Shown: piece after piece, positions 39,053 through 49,794 of the stretch
How the letters are laid out: each line of letters starts with the position of its first letter
How positions within the stretch are numbered: position 1 is the first letter of the stretch
Source: Dehalococcoidia bacterium
Lineage (GTDB): Bacteria > Chloroflexota > Dehalococcoidia > Lucifugimonadales > UBA3495
Reading direction: 5' to 3'
Assembly (NCBI GenBank): GCA_030740155.1
Contig: JASLXV010000085.1
Span: forward strand, 1-64,000
DNA length: 64,000 nucleotides
The notes under the pieces: generated by a model
Database searches by the model: none
Seen by the model: the letters and a program-made list of their open reading frames with translations, nothing else
What the model was told of the DNA's origin: nothing
Translations under genes and position numbers: made by a program

Positions 39053-39517
39053 CTATGCCTCGACCTCCACCACCATTTCAATCTCCACGGGTATTCCGTA
39101 GGGCAGGCCGGCCATGCCCACGGCCGAGCGGGCGTGACGGCCGGCTTCCCCGTACAAGTTGACCAGCAGGTCGGACGCGCCATTGGCGACCTTGGGCGGA
39201 TCTACGAAGTCGGGAACGCAGTTTATCATGCACAGGAGTTTGACGATCCGCTTGACCTTGTCCAGGTCGCCTATCTCCCCCTTGAGGGAGGTTAGAAGGT
39301 TCAACATGGTCTGCCGGGCGCAGTCGTAGCCCTGTTCGATGGAGACGCCGGAACCCAGCTTTCCTTGGAACAGAAACCCGCCGCCGGGGATACTCGGCCC
39401 TTGTCCCGACAGGAAAATGAGGTTGCCGGTCCGGACCGCCGGGACATAGATTCCGGCCGGTGACGGCGGCGGAGGCAACTCGTATCCCAATTCACGAATC
39501 TTCTTCTCAATCTCCAC
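39053..39517 (-). CDS. Rid (YjgF/YER057c/UK114) family protein
   Basis: PAGIYVPA, LSGQGP, NGASDLL, HARSAVG, VEIE; GTG start. Confidence 0.92.
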   Translation of the reverse strand: MEIEKKIRELGYELPPPPSPAGIYVPAVRTGNLIFLSGQGPSIPGGGFLFQGKLGSGVSIEQGYDCARQTMLNLLTSLKGEIGDLDKVKRIVKLLCMINCVPDFVDPPKVANGASDLLVNLYGEAGRHARSAVGMAGLPYGIPVEIEMVVEVEA

Positions 39518-39907
39518 GTTAGACTCCCTCCATAAGAAAAGTTCGCCCAAACCCGGTCGATCTGATGCACATTGCATTTTGCCGTGGTTGCGATCCAGGA
39601 TCATAGCCGGTCAGGCGCCGATCATTCTCGGCGGATAGCGCCAGACGGATAGCATAGGTGGATCGGGGTCCCCGATCATGTTCGGCCGATCAGAGGAGAG
39701 TCATCGGCGGTTCGGAAGAGAACCGTGAGGTATCCGCTATCCAGGAATTCAATCTGGACGTGCCGGCTGGAGCTACCGCCGATTTCAGGAGGCCGGTTCG
39801 CCCTCGCGAACAAACATCCGGGGAGAGCGAGTGTCGAGGCAACTGCCCGCTCCGCGGGCGGAATTTGGCGCCCCGGTAACCGTTCTCCATGTGGGCCAGG
39901 CCGCCGC

Positions 39908-40498
39908 TCAGGAGCCTCCCAGCGCCCGGATCAGCTCCTCCGACGTGATTACGTCGGCCTGCCGGGGAAGGATACGCTGGGTCAGGAAGTCGTGGACCTC
40001 AGGGTCCGAGTCCCAGCAGCAGTCCTCGACGACGAGGAGACGGTAGTCCAGATCGGCGGCGAATCGCGCGGTGGACAGAACCACGCCGCCGGTGGCGTAG
40101 CCCGTGATGATCAGCGTTTCAATGTCGTTAGCCCGCAGGACCACGTCTAATCCGGTGCCGTACAGCGCGTTGACCCGGTGCTTGCCGACCACTATCTCCC
40201 CTTCCGCGGGTCTCAGCGAGGGGTGAATCAGCTTCAACGGGTCGCCCGCCGCCGGCTGGCCCGAGGTTTTGCGCTGGCGGAAGATCTTGTTCCGGTCGCT
40301 GATTTCCGGGTAGCCGGGCCGGAACACGGTGGCGCTGTAACAAACCAGAATTCCGGCATCCCGGGCCGCCTTCAGCACGGTCTGGGCTTTCTCCAGCACC
40401 TTCCGCTCCACCGCGTGGGAAAGGTTGAGTATCATGTCCTCGTAAAAGTCGCCCATGAGTATGGCGGTCTTACCCAAGTCCAGGGATACTTCAGCCAT
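39908..40498 (-). CDS. isochorismatase-family cysteine hydrolase homolog
   Basis: TAILMGDF, KHRVNA, GYATGGVVLSTAR, VVEDCC. Confidence 0.9.
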   Translation of the reverse strand: MAEVSLDLGKTAILMGDFYEDMILNLSHAVERKVLEKAQTVLKAARDAGILVCYSATVFRPGYPEISDRNKIFRQRKTSGQPAAGDPLKLIHPSLRPAEGEIVVGKHRVNALYGTGLDVVLRANDIETLIITGYATGGVVLSTARFAADLDYRLLVVEDCCWDSDPEVHDFLTQRILPRQADVITSEELIRALGGS

Positions 40499-40558
40499 TG
40501 CGAGCCTCCTAAACAGCCTTCAGCTATCAGCCCTCAGCCAAGCTGACTGCTGAAAAGA

Positions 40559-40870
40559 TCAGATTGGCACATCCACGTCCATCAGGGGCCCGTGCTGCTG
40601 GGCGCCGTAGACGTCGGAGTCTTCGACCGCGCCGGAGCCGTGGAGCCGGGGGATAGTGGCTTTGATGGCGTTGGCCGGCGGGAACTCCACCAGCAGAACG
40701 TCCTTCTCCCCCACGCTGTAAAGCCGGGAGATGAGCCCCTTGTTGATCACCCCGGAGGAGCGCACCTTCTCGAAGGTCTCCTTGTCGGGAAACACCATGT
40801 CCAGGGTAAGCAGAAAGGGGTTGGCGTTTTTGCTGCGGCAGATCACGGCCAGGTCGCGAATCCTAGTCAT
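40559..40870 (-). CDS. DUF4387-family protein
   Basis: RSKNANPF.LTLD, AIKATIPR, DVYGAQQH.PL. Confidence 0.88.
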   Translation of the reverse strand: MTRIRDLAVICRSKNANPFLLTLDMVFPDKETFEKVRSSGVINKGLISRLYSVGEKDVLLVEFPPANAIKATIPRLHGSGAVEDSDVYGAQQHGPLMDVDVPI

Positions 40871-40922
40871 ATCACGCACTCGGGGTTGATTTGGGCAGTC
40901 AGTCCTCGGTTCGGTTGACCGC

Positions 40923-42299
40923 TTATACCGTGACGTATTCTATGGGAAACATCTCGAGGGGGTCGTCCGGTTGCACCGCGTGCAGGATGTTGAACTCGTA
41001 GACCGGGCCCACGGGGATGTCCGAAGGGGAATAGGGGTAGGTCAGGCAGCCCTCATCGCAGAGCTTGCCCTCGTAATGAAGATTCTTGCTTGCCTGGCGG
41101 GCCAGTCCCAGGATCTCGTTGGCCAGGTCTTGGGTCGGGGCTACCGCCTCCATGATGACCCCCAGTTCGTGGGCCAGCACTTCCTTGACTGGCTCCCGCT
41201 CCCCCATCACGGCGTTCTTGCCGATGACGCGGAACACCAACTTGTAGTCGTTGGGGCCGACGCCCATGCCGTCCACCCGGCGGGTGACCAAGGACCGCAC
41301 GTCGGCCAAATAGCTGTCGATGCACTGCACCAGCACCGGGTCGCGGGTATAGGAGATGCAGATGCACCGGTAGCCCACCAGTTCCACCCCTTCCAGCCGG
41401 ATGGTGTACTTTTCTCGAGGGAGGAACCGGGCGCCGGTTATCTTCACCGTCCGGCCGTCCACGGCCTCGCAGTTCAGATCGCTGAGGTCCAGGACCCCCG
41501 ACGGCTCGGTGTGATAGAGGGGTGTCTCATTCTCGTGCAAGAAAAAGGTGGAAACGCTGAGAGGGGTGCACGAAAGACCGGGATGGTTCGGCTCCACCAC
41601 GATGTGGTCCTCCCGCAGGGTGACGGTGATGCCTTCGCTGCCGTACTTCTGCCGGGGGACGGCGCAGGCCGCGCCGCACTCCAGCAGCTTGCCCGCCACC
41701 CAGCCCAGGGCGGGGTCGAACTCCTCTTTGATGGGTAGCGCGGCGAAAATGGCGGCGTCATCGGACCGCCCGCACAGGATCACCTGGGCCCCCTCGCCCA
41801 ATGCCTCGATGTAAGGCTCAACCCCGGCCATGCCGACGATGGTGGAACTCCGGTCGATCACTTCCTGGCGCAGTGGCGGCAGGGGCCACAAGGGCTCCAC
41901 TCGGTCCTGTTCCAGTTTGAGGGCCACGTACTCCCTGGACTGCTCCGAGTGGATGAGGGCCATTCGGAAGTGTAGGTTGTTCTCGTGGGCTATCTCTTCG
42001 ACGATCTCCCGGGTCCATTGCAGGTGGGCGTCCGCGCCGGCGCCGCCGCTGGTGCCGACGACCATCGGTATTCGCCGGTCCACGGCGGCCTGGAGCATCA
42101 AAGCCAGGTCCCGCTTGGCGGCGTCCCGTCCGACGAAAGCCTTGCCCATCCCCAGGTAGTTGGGTCCCGGATCAGTGCTCCCCCCGTCGCAGGCGATCAG
42201 GTGGGGGTCCTTCCGGAGCACCCGCTCCAGGGAGCTTTCCTGGAAGCCGTAGCCCACGATGGCGGTGGGAGCCACTATTCGCAGTTCCTGGTCGGACAT
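40923..42299 (-). CDS. AtuA (DUF1446)-family protein
   Basis: GYGF, DGGSTDPGP.YLG, GTSGGAG, GRSDDAA, GKLLECGA. Confidence 0.88.
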   Translation of the reverse strand: MSDQELRIVAPTAIVGYGFQESSLERVLRKDPHLIACDGGSTDPGPNYLGMGKAFVGRDAAKRDLALMLQAAVDRRIPMVVGTSGGAGADAHLQWTREIVEEIAHENNLHFRMALIHSEQSREYVALKLEQDRVEPLWPLPPLRQEVIDRSSTIVGMAGVEPYIEALGEGAQVILCGRSDDAAIFAALPIKEEFDPALGWVAGKLLECGAACAVPRQKYGSEGITVTLREDHIVVEPNHPGLSCTPLSVSTFFLHENETPLYHTEPSGVLDLSDLNCEAVDGRTVKITGARFLPREKYTIRLEGVELVGYRCICISYTRDPVLVQCIDSYLADVRSLVTRRVDGMGVGPNDYKLVFRVIGKNAVMGEREPVKEVLAHELGVIMEAVAPTQDLANEILGLARQASKNLHYEGKLCDEGCLTYPYSPSDIPVGPVYEFNILHAVQPDDPLEMFPIEYVTV

Positions 42300-42347
42300 G
42301 GAAAGCCTCCTGGGCCCTGTGGCCCCTTGCCGGTCAGCCGTAAATGC

Positions 42348-43394
42348 TCAGCGCAGTTCCTTGACTGCCTTGGAGGTCCGGGCCAGGGCCTCCTCCACGT
42401 CGGCGCCGGAGATATGGCGGTGGGTCACCATCCTGATGGAATGTTTGCCTGGAGAACTCACCTTCACCCCTTCCCGAGCCAGGGCGCCGATAAGCCCCGC
42501 CGCCGGTCCGAGGGCCGGGTTCACATCAAAGATGATGATGTTGGTCTGTATTGCGTCCGGGTCAACGTCGAGCCCATCGATGTTGGCCAGGCCGCCGGCC
42601 AACTGCCGGGCGCGGGCATGGTCTTCGGCCAGCCGCTCGATCATGGTGTCCAACGCCACCAGCCCGGCGGCGGCGAGGACCCCGGCCTGCCGCATCCCGC
42701 CGCCGACCATCTTGCGCCACCGGCGGGCCTGGTCGATGAACTCCTTGGAGCCGCAAATGACCGAACCCACGGGACAGCTCAGGCCCTTGGACAGGCAGAA
42801 GCTGACATCGTCCACGTCCTTGACCAGCTCCGCGGCGGGGACTTCGAGCGCGACAGCCGCATTGAAAATACGGGCGCCATCCATATGCACGCTGGCCCCG
42901 GCGGCGTGAGCCACCTCACAGATCTTGCCGGTGTCCTCGGGGGTCTGCACTCCACCGCCGCACCGGTTGTGAGTGTTCTCCAGGCAAACCAGAGTGGTCG
43001 GTGGAAAGTGGATGTTGCCCGGGGGACGTATGACGGCTTCCAGGTCGGCGGCTTCGATCCGGCCCTGGGGACCGTTGGGTATCAGCCGGAGTTGGGCTCC
43101 GGCGAGGGCCGCCACGCCCGCCGACTCGTTCCAGAATATGTGGGCCTGGTCGCCCATCACCACTTCGTCGCCCCGGTGGCAGTAGGTCAGGCCGGCGATC
43201 AGGTTACTCATGGTGCCGCTGGGCGTGAGCAGCCCGGCTTCTTTGCCCAGCAGCTCCGCGGCCCGCTCCTGCAGCCGGTTGATGGAAGGGTCCTCGGCGA
43301 AAACGTCGTCGCCAACCTCGGCGTCGGCCATCACCCGGCGCATCTCATCGGTGGGGTGAGTAACCGTGTCGCTACGGAGATCAATTACCCTCAT
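42348..43394 (-). CDS. ltaE: low-specificity L-threonine aldolase
   Basis: DLRSDTVT, PSGTMSN, ENTHN, HMDGARIFNA, CLSKGL, GGGMRQAG. Confidence 0.96.
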   Translation of the reverse strand: MRVIDLRSDTVTHPTDEMRRVMADAEVGDDVFAEDPSINRLQERAAELLGKEAGLLTPSGTMSNLIAGLTYCHRGDEVVMGDQAHIFWNESAGVAALAGAQLRLIPNGPQGRIEAADLEAVIRPPGNIHFPPTTLVCLENTHNRCGGGVQTPEDTGKICEVAHAAGASVHMDGARIFNAAVALEVPAAELVKDVDDVSFCLSKGLSCPVGSVICGSKEFIDQARRWRKMVGGGMRQAGVLAAAGLVALDTMIERLAEDHARARQLAGGLANIDGLDVDPDAIQTNIIIFDVNPALGPAAGLIGALAREGVKVSSPGKHSIRMVTHRHISGADVEEALARTSKAVKELR

Positions 43395-43639
43395 TCGGGC
43401 CTCCACTTTCTGGAAATATGGGCTATTCTAGCAGGATTCTCATTTGAACACTACGGCGAACACCGCTTTCCGGAACAAGGCGATCCACCCCCTCCTTCGT
43501 AAATAGGGGATGACGCAGCGGGAACTATTTCGCGGGTCCCTGGCCCGGGGTTGAAAGCTGACTACTGACCGCTGCCTGCTTCCTTGCTAAACACCACCGG
43601 TTCTCCTAATATGGAAATAGCTTCTAGGAGGTCAGAGCG

Positions 43640-44281
43640 GTGCGTCAGAGTGCCGTGACATTCAAGACCAATGGCCTGAATTTCGAGGGCGTGGTCGCCC
43701 AACCCGAGGCCCACGCCGGTCCGATGCCGGGAGTTGTGGTGTGTCATCCTCACCCGCTCTACGGTGGTAACATGGACAGTAACGTGGTGCTGGCGGTGGC
43801 CTTTGCTCTGGCGGAACGAGGGTTTGCGACTCTACGGTTCAACTTCCGTGGCGTGGGCAGCAGCGAAGGACGGCACGGCAAGGGGCAAGTGGAACAACAA
43901 GAAGTGCTGGGGGCGCTGGATCTGATGAAAGCTTGGCCAGGGGTCGACGGGCGGAGGCTGGGAGTGGCTGGCTACTCTTTCGGTGCCTCGGTTGTCTTGG
44001 ATAACCCGGCGTTGCATCGGAAAGCACGGGCCTTTGCCCTGATCTCGCCGCCGTTACGCGCCCTGGAGAGTACGGAACTGGGAACCAACGATCACCCCAT
44101 CCTGGTCGTCGTCGGAGACCAGGACAAGCTGGCCCAGTCGGACCGTTTTCCCTCGGTACTGGAGTCCTTCGACCATCCGCCAACCTGCCATGTCGTTGCA
44201 GGCGCCGATCACTTCTGGTTTGGATACGAGGATCAGCTTGCGCCCCAGGTGGCCGAGTTTTTCTCCGGGACGTTGAAGTAG
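43640..44281 (+). CDS. alpha/beta-fold hydrolase
   Basis: HPHPLYGGNM, RFNFRGVG.S.G, GYSFG, GDQD, GADHF. Confidence 0.92.
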   Translation: MRQSAVTFKTNGLNFEGVVAQPEAHAGPMPGVVVCHPHPLYGGNMDSNVVLAVAFALAERGFATLRFNFRGVGSSEGRHGKGQVEQQEVLGALDLMKAWPGVDGRRLGVAGYSFGASVVLDNPALHRKARAFALISPPLRALESTELGTNDHPILVVVGDQDKLAQSDRFPSVLESFDHPPTCHVVAGADHFWFGYEDQLAPQVAEFFSGTLK

Positions 44282-44284
44282 CCG

Positions 44285-45034
44285 TTGATGATCCGGGATA
44301 GTGAAGCCACCGGGCCCGCTCCCTCGCGGCGCTTTCCAATCTACAAAGACCTGCTCCTGCTCCAGTTAGCGGCACTGGTCTTTTTGACCGACCAGTTCAC
44401 CAAGTTTCTGGTGCGGGAATTCCTCGCGTTCCGGGAATCGTATCCCGTTGAAGGGTTTCTTCGTATCACCCATACCTTCAATACGGGCAGCGCCTTCGGT
44501 TTGTTCCGCGACCAGAACGTCCCGCTCATCCTGGTGTCCGTGGTCGGGATCACCGTGCTAGCGCTGATCTACCGCAGTCAGCGTCGCCATACCGATCTGC
44601 TGCGGCTCAGCCTGGGGTTGCAGGTCGGTGGGGCTACCGGAAACCTGCTGGACCGGCTGCGTTTGGGCCACGTGACCGATTTCATGGACGTTGGGTCCTG
44701 GCCCGTGTTCAACGTGGCCGATGCCTCCATCGTGACCGGCCTGGCGCTGCTGGCGTGGATCCTCATCAAATCGGATCGGGAACGGGAGTTGGAAGGGAAA
44801 GCCGCCCGCCAGGCGGCGCTGCTGGAGGTCTACGACTGGTGCCCGGTGTGTGACGGCGAAATGGTGCCCCTGCCCGTGGGCTGGCGATGCTCCACCTGTG
44901 GCGTGAGGGAAAGAGTCGACGCCGCTGGGGTGGCCGCTGCCGATCCACCACCGGCCCCGAGGTTCGACCCATTGCCCTCGGCCCCCTCCTTTGGTACCGG
45001 GGATGCTGAGGATGGGCCGGTAGCCGCCCCTTGA
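44285..45034 (+). CDS. lspA: lipoprotein signal peptidase II with C-terminal Zn-ribbon-like extension
   Basis: DQFTK, NTGSAFG, GNLLDRL, VTDF, WPVFNVAD. Confidence 0.95.
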   Translation: MMIRDSEATGPAPSRRFPIYKDLLLLQLAALVFLTDQFTKFLVREFLAFRESYPVEGFLRITHTFNTGSAFGLFRDQNVPLILVSVVGITVLALIYRSQRRHTDLLRLSLGLQVGGATGNLLDRLRLGHVTDFMDVGSWPVFNVADASIVTGLALLAWILIKSDRERELEGKAARQAALLEVYDWCPVCDGEMVPLPVGWRCSTCGVRERVDAAGVAAADPPPAPRFDPLPSAPSFGTGDAEDGPVAAP

Positions 45035-45122
45035 AGCCTCAACCCCAACCGGAGTCGGGCTTTGCCGCTGCCCCCGGAATGGATCAAGCCGGGCCCTTCC
45101 CCGGTGGCTGGAGAACGCTGAT

Positions 45123-46049
45123 TTGGCCTCACAGGTTGGGACCACCAGGGAGTTCAAGGTCGAGGCCGGCGGGCCGCGGCTGGACCAGTTCCTGGCCGGC
45201 TGGGAGACCGGGCTGACCCGCAGCCAACTGCACCGGCTGATCGTTGAGGGCTCGGTCCTGCTCAACGGGGCCCGGTCCCGGCCCTCCCAAAGGGTGCAAC
45301 CGGGAGACCGGGTGTCTTTGACTGAGCCACCACCCCGGCGGTTGGACCTGGTCCCCCAGTGGATGCCGCTGACGGTGGTGTACCAGGATTCCGACATAGT
45401 GGTAATCGACAAACCCTCCGGCCTGTCGGTTCACCCCGGTCCGGGGCACCCGGACCACACACTGGTCAACGCCTTGCTGGCCCGATGCCCGGACATCCAG
45501 GGAATCGGGGGAGCCATCCGGCCGGGCATCGTGCACCGGCTGGACAAAGATACCTCCGGGCTGATGATGGTGGCCAAAACCCATCAGGCCCACCAGGCCC
45601 TGTCGGCTCAAATAAAGGACCGGCAAGTGACCAAGGGCTATCTCGCCTTGGCCACCGGGGTGCTCTCGTCCCGCGAGGGCCGAATCGACGCACCGATCGG
45701 CCGGGACCCGCGACACCGCAAGCGCATGGCGGTGGTGCTGGGAGGGCGGCAAGCCGGGACCCGCTACCGCGTTCTGGAGACCTTCTCTGGTCACAGCCTC
45801 CTGGAGCTGTACCTGGAGACGGGCCGTACCCACCAGGTGAGGGTCCATCTGGCCTACTTGGGACACCCCCTTCTGGGTGACGCGGTCTACGGGAGACCCA
45901 GTCCCCTGCTAAGACGCCACTTCCTCCACGCTCACCATCTGGGCTTCAAGCATCCGGTGACGGAAAACCCGGTCGAATTCCGGTCCGAGCTGCCGGCGGA
46001 TCTGGCGTCGGTGGCGGACCTGATTCGAGAGGGCGCGGTTACCCGATGA
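45123..46049 (+). CDS. RluA/RluD-family pseudouridine synthase
   Basis: S4 domain, GIVHRLDKDTSG, TGRTHQVRVH, GDAVYG. Confidence 0.95.
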   Translation: MASQVGTTREFKVEAGGPRLDQFLAGWETGLTRSQLHRLIVEGSVLLNGARSRPSQRVQPGDRVSLTEPPPRRLDLVPQWMPLTVVYQDSDIVVIDKPSGLSVHPGPGHPDHTLVNALLARCPDIQGIGGAIRPGIVHRLDKDTSGLMMVAKTHQAHQALSAQIKDRQVTKGYLALATGVLSSREGRIDAPIGRDPRHRKRMAVVLGGRQAGTRYRVLETFSGHSLLELYLETGRTHQVRVHLAYLGHPLLGDAVYGRPSPLLRRHFLHAHHLGFKHPVTENPVEFRSELPADLASVADLIREGAVTR

Positions 46050-46133
46050 CTCCTCAGAGTTCCCGGCGTCCGGAGGCCATTCAGCCGCGGCATATCATGA
46101 TAAGATTAGGCACAACTATCTAGGAGAATCACC

Positions 46134-47606
46134 TTGGCTGAAGCCGTCCGCGTCAGGTTCGCCCCCAGTCCCACCGGTTTGCCTCACATCGGCAACATCC
46201 GCACGGCCCTGTTCAATTGGCTCTTTGCCCGGCATCACGGCGGCAAGTTCATAGTGCGGGTCGAAGATACCGACCAGGACCGGCTGGTACCCGGGGCGGT
46301 GGATGCCGTACTGGAATCCCTGGAATGGCTGCACCTGGACTGGGACGAGGGCCCACGGGTAGGCGGCCCTTTCGCTCCCTACCGCCAATCCGAGCGCCTG
46401 GACACCTACCGGCGAATGGCCGAGCAAATGATTGAAAAGGGGCGCGCCTACCGCTGCTACTGTAGCGAGGACCGCCTGCTACAGATGCGGGAAGAGCAGC
46501 AACGGCTGAAGCGATCATCCGGATATGACCGCCGTTGTCGCCACCTGGACCCGGAAGAGCGCCGGACTCTGGAGGCAGATGGCGGGCCGTCGGTAATTCG
46601 GTTCGCCATGCGGCTTTCCGGCACTACCAGAGTCCGCGACATTATCCACGGGGACGTGGAGTGGCAGAACGAACTGCTGGACGATTTCGTCCTTTTGAAG
46701 TCCGACGGCTTTCCCACTTACCACCTGGCGGTGGTGGTGGACGACCACTTGATGGAGATCAGCCACGTCCTGCGGGCCGAGGAATGGCTGCCCAGTACGC
46801 CGCGCCACCTGCAAATCTACGAGGCTTTGGGCTTCGACCCGCCCCGGTTCGGCCACCTGCCCATGATCTTGGGCCCGGACCGTTCCAAGCTGTCCAAGCG
46901 CCATGGGGCTACTGCACTTTTGGAATATCGCGACGAAGGGTTCCTGCCCGAGGCCGTGGCCAACTTCTTGCTTCTGCTGGGCTGGTCGCTGGATGACAAG
47001 ACGGAGATCATGGGGCCTGAAGCCGCCATAGAGGGTTTTTCCCTGGAACGGGTGAGCCGGTCCGCGGCAATTTTCGACCACGACAAGTTGACGTGGATGA
47101 ACGGGGTGTACATCCGGCAGCTCTCGGTTGAGGAGCTGGCAGACCGGTTGCTGCCAATTCTTCAACAGGGCTTGCCTGCCGTCCTGCCGCCGGTGAGCCG
47201 GGACCAACTGCTTCGTATCGTCCCTCTGATCCAGCAGCGGACCAAGCTGCTCTCGGAGGCGGTGGACTTGACCTCCTACTTTTTCCAGGCCGAAGTGGAA
47301 TACGATCCTCTCAATCTGGTGCAGAAGGGCATGGACCGGGAGAGCGCCCTGGCGGCGCTGGGGGCTGCCAAGGAAGGATTGGCCAAGGTCGCCCAGTTTG
47401 AGCACGAAGCCATGGAAGAGCTGCTGCGGGCCGAGGCGTCTCGCCTGGGCCTCTCGGCGCGCCAGTTTTTCGGCACGCTCCGGGTGGCCGCCACCGGCCG
47501 GGAGACATCGCCGCCGCTGTTTGAGACAATGGAGGTCCTGGGCCGGCAGCGGGTGCTCGCGCGCGTCGGGTCCGCGATCGAGCGGCTAAATGCTGTCCCG
47601 CATTAG
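46134..47606 (+). CDS. gltX: glutamate--tRNA ligase
   Basis: RFAPSPTG, HIGN, KLSKR. Confidence 0.97.
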   Translation: MAEAVRVRFAPSPTGLPHIGNIRTALFNWLFARHHGGKFIVRVEDTDQDRLVPGAVDAVLESLEWLHLDWDEGPRVGGPFAPYRQSERLDTYRRMAEQMIEKGRAYRCYCSEDRLLQMREEQQRLKRSSGYDRRCRHLDPEERRTLEADGGPSVIRFAMRLSGTTRVRDIIHGDVEWQNELLDDFVLLKSDGFPTYHLAVVVDDHLMEISHVLRAEEWLPSTPRHLQIYEALGFDPPRFGHLPMILGPDRSKLSKRHGATALLEYRDEGFLPEAVANFLLLLGWSLDDKTEIMGPEAAIEGFSLERVSRSAAIFDHDKLTWMNGVYIRQLSVEELADRLLPILQQGLPAVLPPVSRDQLLRIVPLIQQRTKLLSEAVDLTSYFFQAEVEYDPLNLVQKGMDRESALAALGAAKEGLAKVAQFEHEAMEELLRAEASRLGLSARQFFGTLRVAATGRETSPPLFETMEVLGRQRVLARVGSAIERLNAVPH

Positions 47607-47627
47607 AATGGAAAGAGGACACTGAGT

Positions 47628-49328
47628 ATGACCATGCCCGAAACTCACCCTTCCGCCGATTTCGTACGGAGCATCGTGGCGGAGGACCTGAAGAATAACA
47701 AAAACGGCGGCCGCGTCGTGACCCGGTTCCCTCCCGAACCGAACGGCTACCTGCATATCGGCCACGCTAAGTCCGTCTGCCTCAATTTCGGCATCGCCCG
47801 CGAAAACCAGGGTGTCTGCCACCTGCGGTTCGACGACACCAATCCTACCAAGGAAGCGCTGGAATACGTTGAATCCATCCAGGAGGACGTGCGCTGGCTT
47901 GGTTGGGATTGGGATGATCATTTGTACTTTGCTTCAGACTACTTTGAAACTTTGTATGATTATGCGGTGAAGTTAATCAAAGCGGCGAAGGCCTATGTTT
48001 GCTGTTTGAGCCCCCAAGAGATCAGGGATTACCGGGGTACCCTGACCGAGCCGGGGAAGGACAGCCCATACCGGGACCGCCCGATGGAAGAGAACCTGGA
48101 CCTGTTCGGCCGGATGCGGGCCGGGGAGTTTGAAGAGGGCAGCCACGTGCTCCGGGCCAAGATCGACATGGCGTCCCCCAACTTGAACCTGCGCGACCCC
48201 GTCATCTACCGGATTCTCAAGGCTTCACACCATAGAACCGGGGACCAATGGTGCGCCTACCCCACCTACGACTTCACCCACGGCCAGTCGGACTCCATCG
48301 AAGGTATCACCCATTCAATTTGCACGTTGGAATTCGAAGACCATAGGCCCCTGTACGATTGGTTCCTCGATGCATTGGGTATCTTTCATCCCCAGCAGAT
48401 CGAGTTCGCCCGGCTCAACCTAACCTACACGGTGTTGAGCAAGCGGAAGCTGGTGGAGCTGGTGGAGGGAGGGTACGTCACCGGCTGGAACGACCCGCGG
48501 ATGCCCACGGTGTGCGGCCTCCGGAGGCGCGGCTACACCCCGGAGGCGATCCGCAACTTCTGCGAGCGGATTGGTGTGGCCAAGCGGGATAGCGTAGTGG
48601 AAGTCGCGCTGCTGGAGCACCATCTAAGGGAAGACTTGAACCGGCGGTCTCCCCGGGTCATGGCCGTGCTGCGGCCGCTGCGGTTGGTCATCGACAACTA
48701 CCCGGAAGGTCAGGTGGAGGAACTGGAGAGCCAGAACAATCCGGAGGACCCCGGCATGGGGTCGAGAAAGATCCCGTTCTCGCGGGTGGTGTACATCGAG
48801 CAGGAGGATTTTCGCGAGGACCCGCCGAATAAATACTTCCGCTTGGCCCCCGGCCGGGAGATACGCCTGAAGGACGCCTACTACGTTACCTGCGTGGACG
48901 TGGTCAAGGACGACTCGACCGGCGAGGTGCTCGAGGTGCATTGCACCTATGACCCGGAGACGCGGGGAGGGCGTTCCCAAGACGGACGCCGGGTCAGAGG
49001 AACGTCCCATTGGGTCTCCGAGGCCCACTCCGTGGAAGCCGAGGTCCGCCTCTACGACCGCCTTCTCCTGAAGGCGGATCCCAGCGAAGATGATGACGGG
49101 GCGGACTACAAAGACTACTTGAACCCGAACTCGCTGGAGACGCTGACCGGGTGCCGCGTTGAGCCGGGTCTGGCCGGCGCCGCGCCGGGTAGTCTCTTCC
49201 AGTTCCTGCGCCAGGGCTACTTCTGTGTCGATTCTGTCGACTCCACCCCCGGGGCCCTGGTCTTCAACCGAACCGTGCCACTCCGCGACTCCTGGGCCAA
49301 AATGGAAAAGGCCGGCAAGGGAATCTAG
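47628..49328 (+). CDS. glnS: glutamine--tRNA ligase
   Basis: [47 protein letters not shown]. Confidence 0.97.
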   Translation: MTMPETHPSADFVRSIVAEDLKNNKNGGRVVTRFPPEPNGYLHIGHAKSVCLNFGIARENQGVCHLRFDDTNPTKEALEYVESIQEDVRWLGWDWDDHLYFASDYFETLYDYAVKLIKAAKAYVCCLSPQEIRDYRGTLTEPGKDSPYRDRPMEENLDLFGRMRAGEFEEGSHVLRAKIDMASPNLNLRDPVIYRILKASHHRTGDQWCAYPTYDFTHGQSDSIEGITHSICTLEFEDHRPLYDWFLDALGIFHPQQIEFARLNLTYTVLSKRKLVELVEGGYVTGWNDPRMPTVCGLRRRGYTPEAIRNFCERIGVAKRDSVVEVALLEHHLREDLNRRSPRVMAVLRPLRLVIDNYPEGQVEELESQNNPEDPGMGSRKIPFSRVVYIEQEDFREDPPNKYFRLAPGREIRLKDAYYVTCVDVVKDDSTGEVLEVHCTYDPETRGGRSQDGRRVRGTSHWVSEAHSVEAEVRLYDRLLLKADPSEDDDGADYKDYLNPNSLETLTGCRVEPGLAGAAPGSLFQFLRQGYFCVDSVDSTPGALVFNRTVPLRDSWAKMEKAGKGI

Positions 49329-49764
49329 CACCTCTTTCCAGTACCGCCACAATGTGAATGTGATGGTTGCGGGTTGACCCCCTCTTGGATATCCCCATTC
49401 GCAAAAGGGACAGAACCGTTCCTTCCCCTTCCGCGGAGGAACGCTAGGAAGGGGGGTCTTGGGCAAGCACCAGCCCTACCCGTGAGGGGTGCTGCCTAAC
49501 TCGGCGGGGTGGAAACTTTTTCCGATGCCGCCGATTTGCGGAGGTCCTCCGATCCGGCTGGCAGGCTATCCGCGCCTCCGCCTGGACGGCTTTCCCCCTC
49601 GTCCCTCTTACGGCCCAACTCGGTTGCGGTGGGCAATCTTCCAGGCGCGTTTTGGCTCGGCTGAAGGTTGAGTTAGATACGGAAGTTGAACAATTGCTAG
49701 AAGTGGTTTAAGAGAAATGTTCAAAAAGATTTTAGGAATTGCTAAGAATTCATCGATTTCTGCC

Positions 49765-49794
49765 TTGACAACGGGTATGTCTCTCTCCCATTAT
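49765..49794 (+). promoter_or_regulatory. putative sigma70 promoter
   Basis: TTGACA-N18-CATTAT with AT-rich upstream region. Confidence 0.55.

Noticed and set aside
41985..43502. Long antisense ORFs (e.g. 505 aa here, 454 aa at 12559-13923, 359 aa at 59634-60713)
   Set aside because: Shadows of real genes on the opposite strand, expected at high GC.
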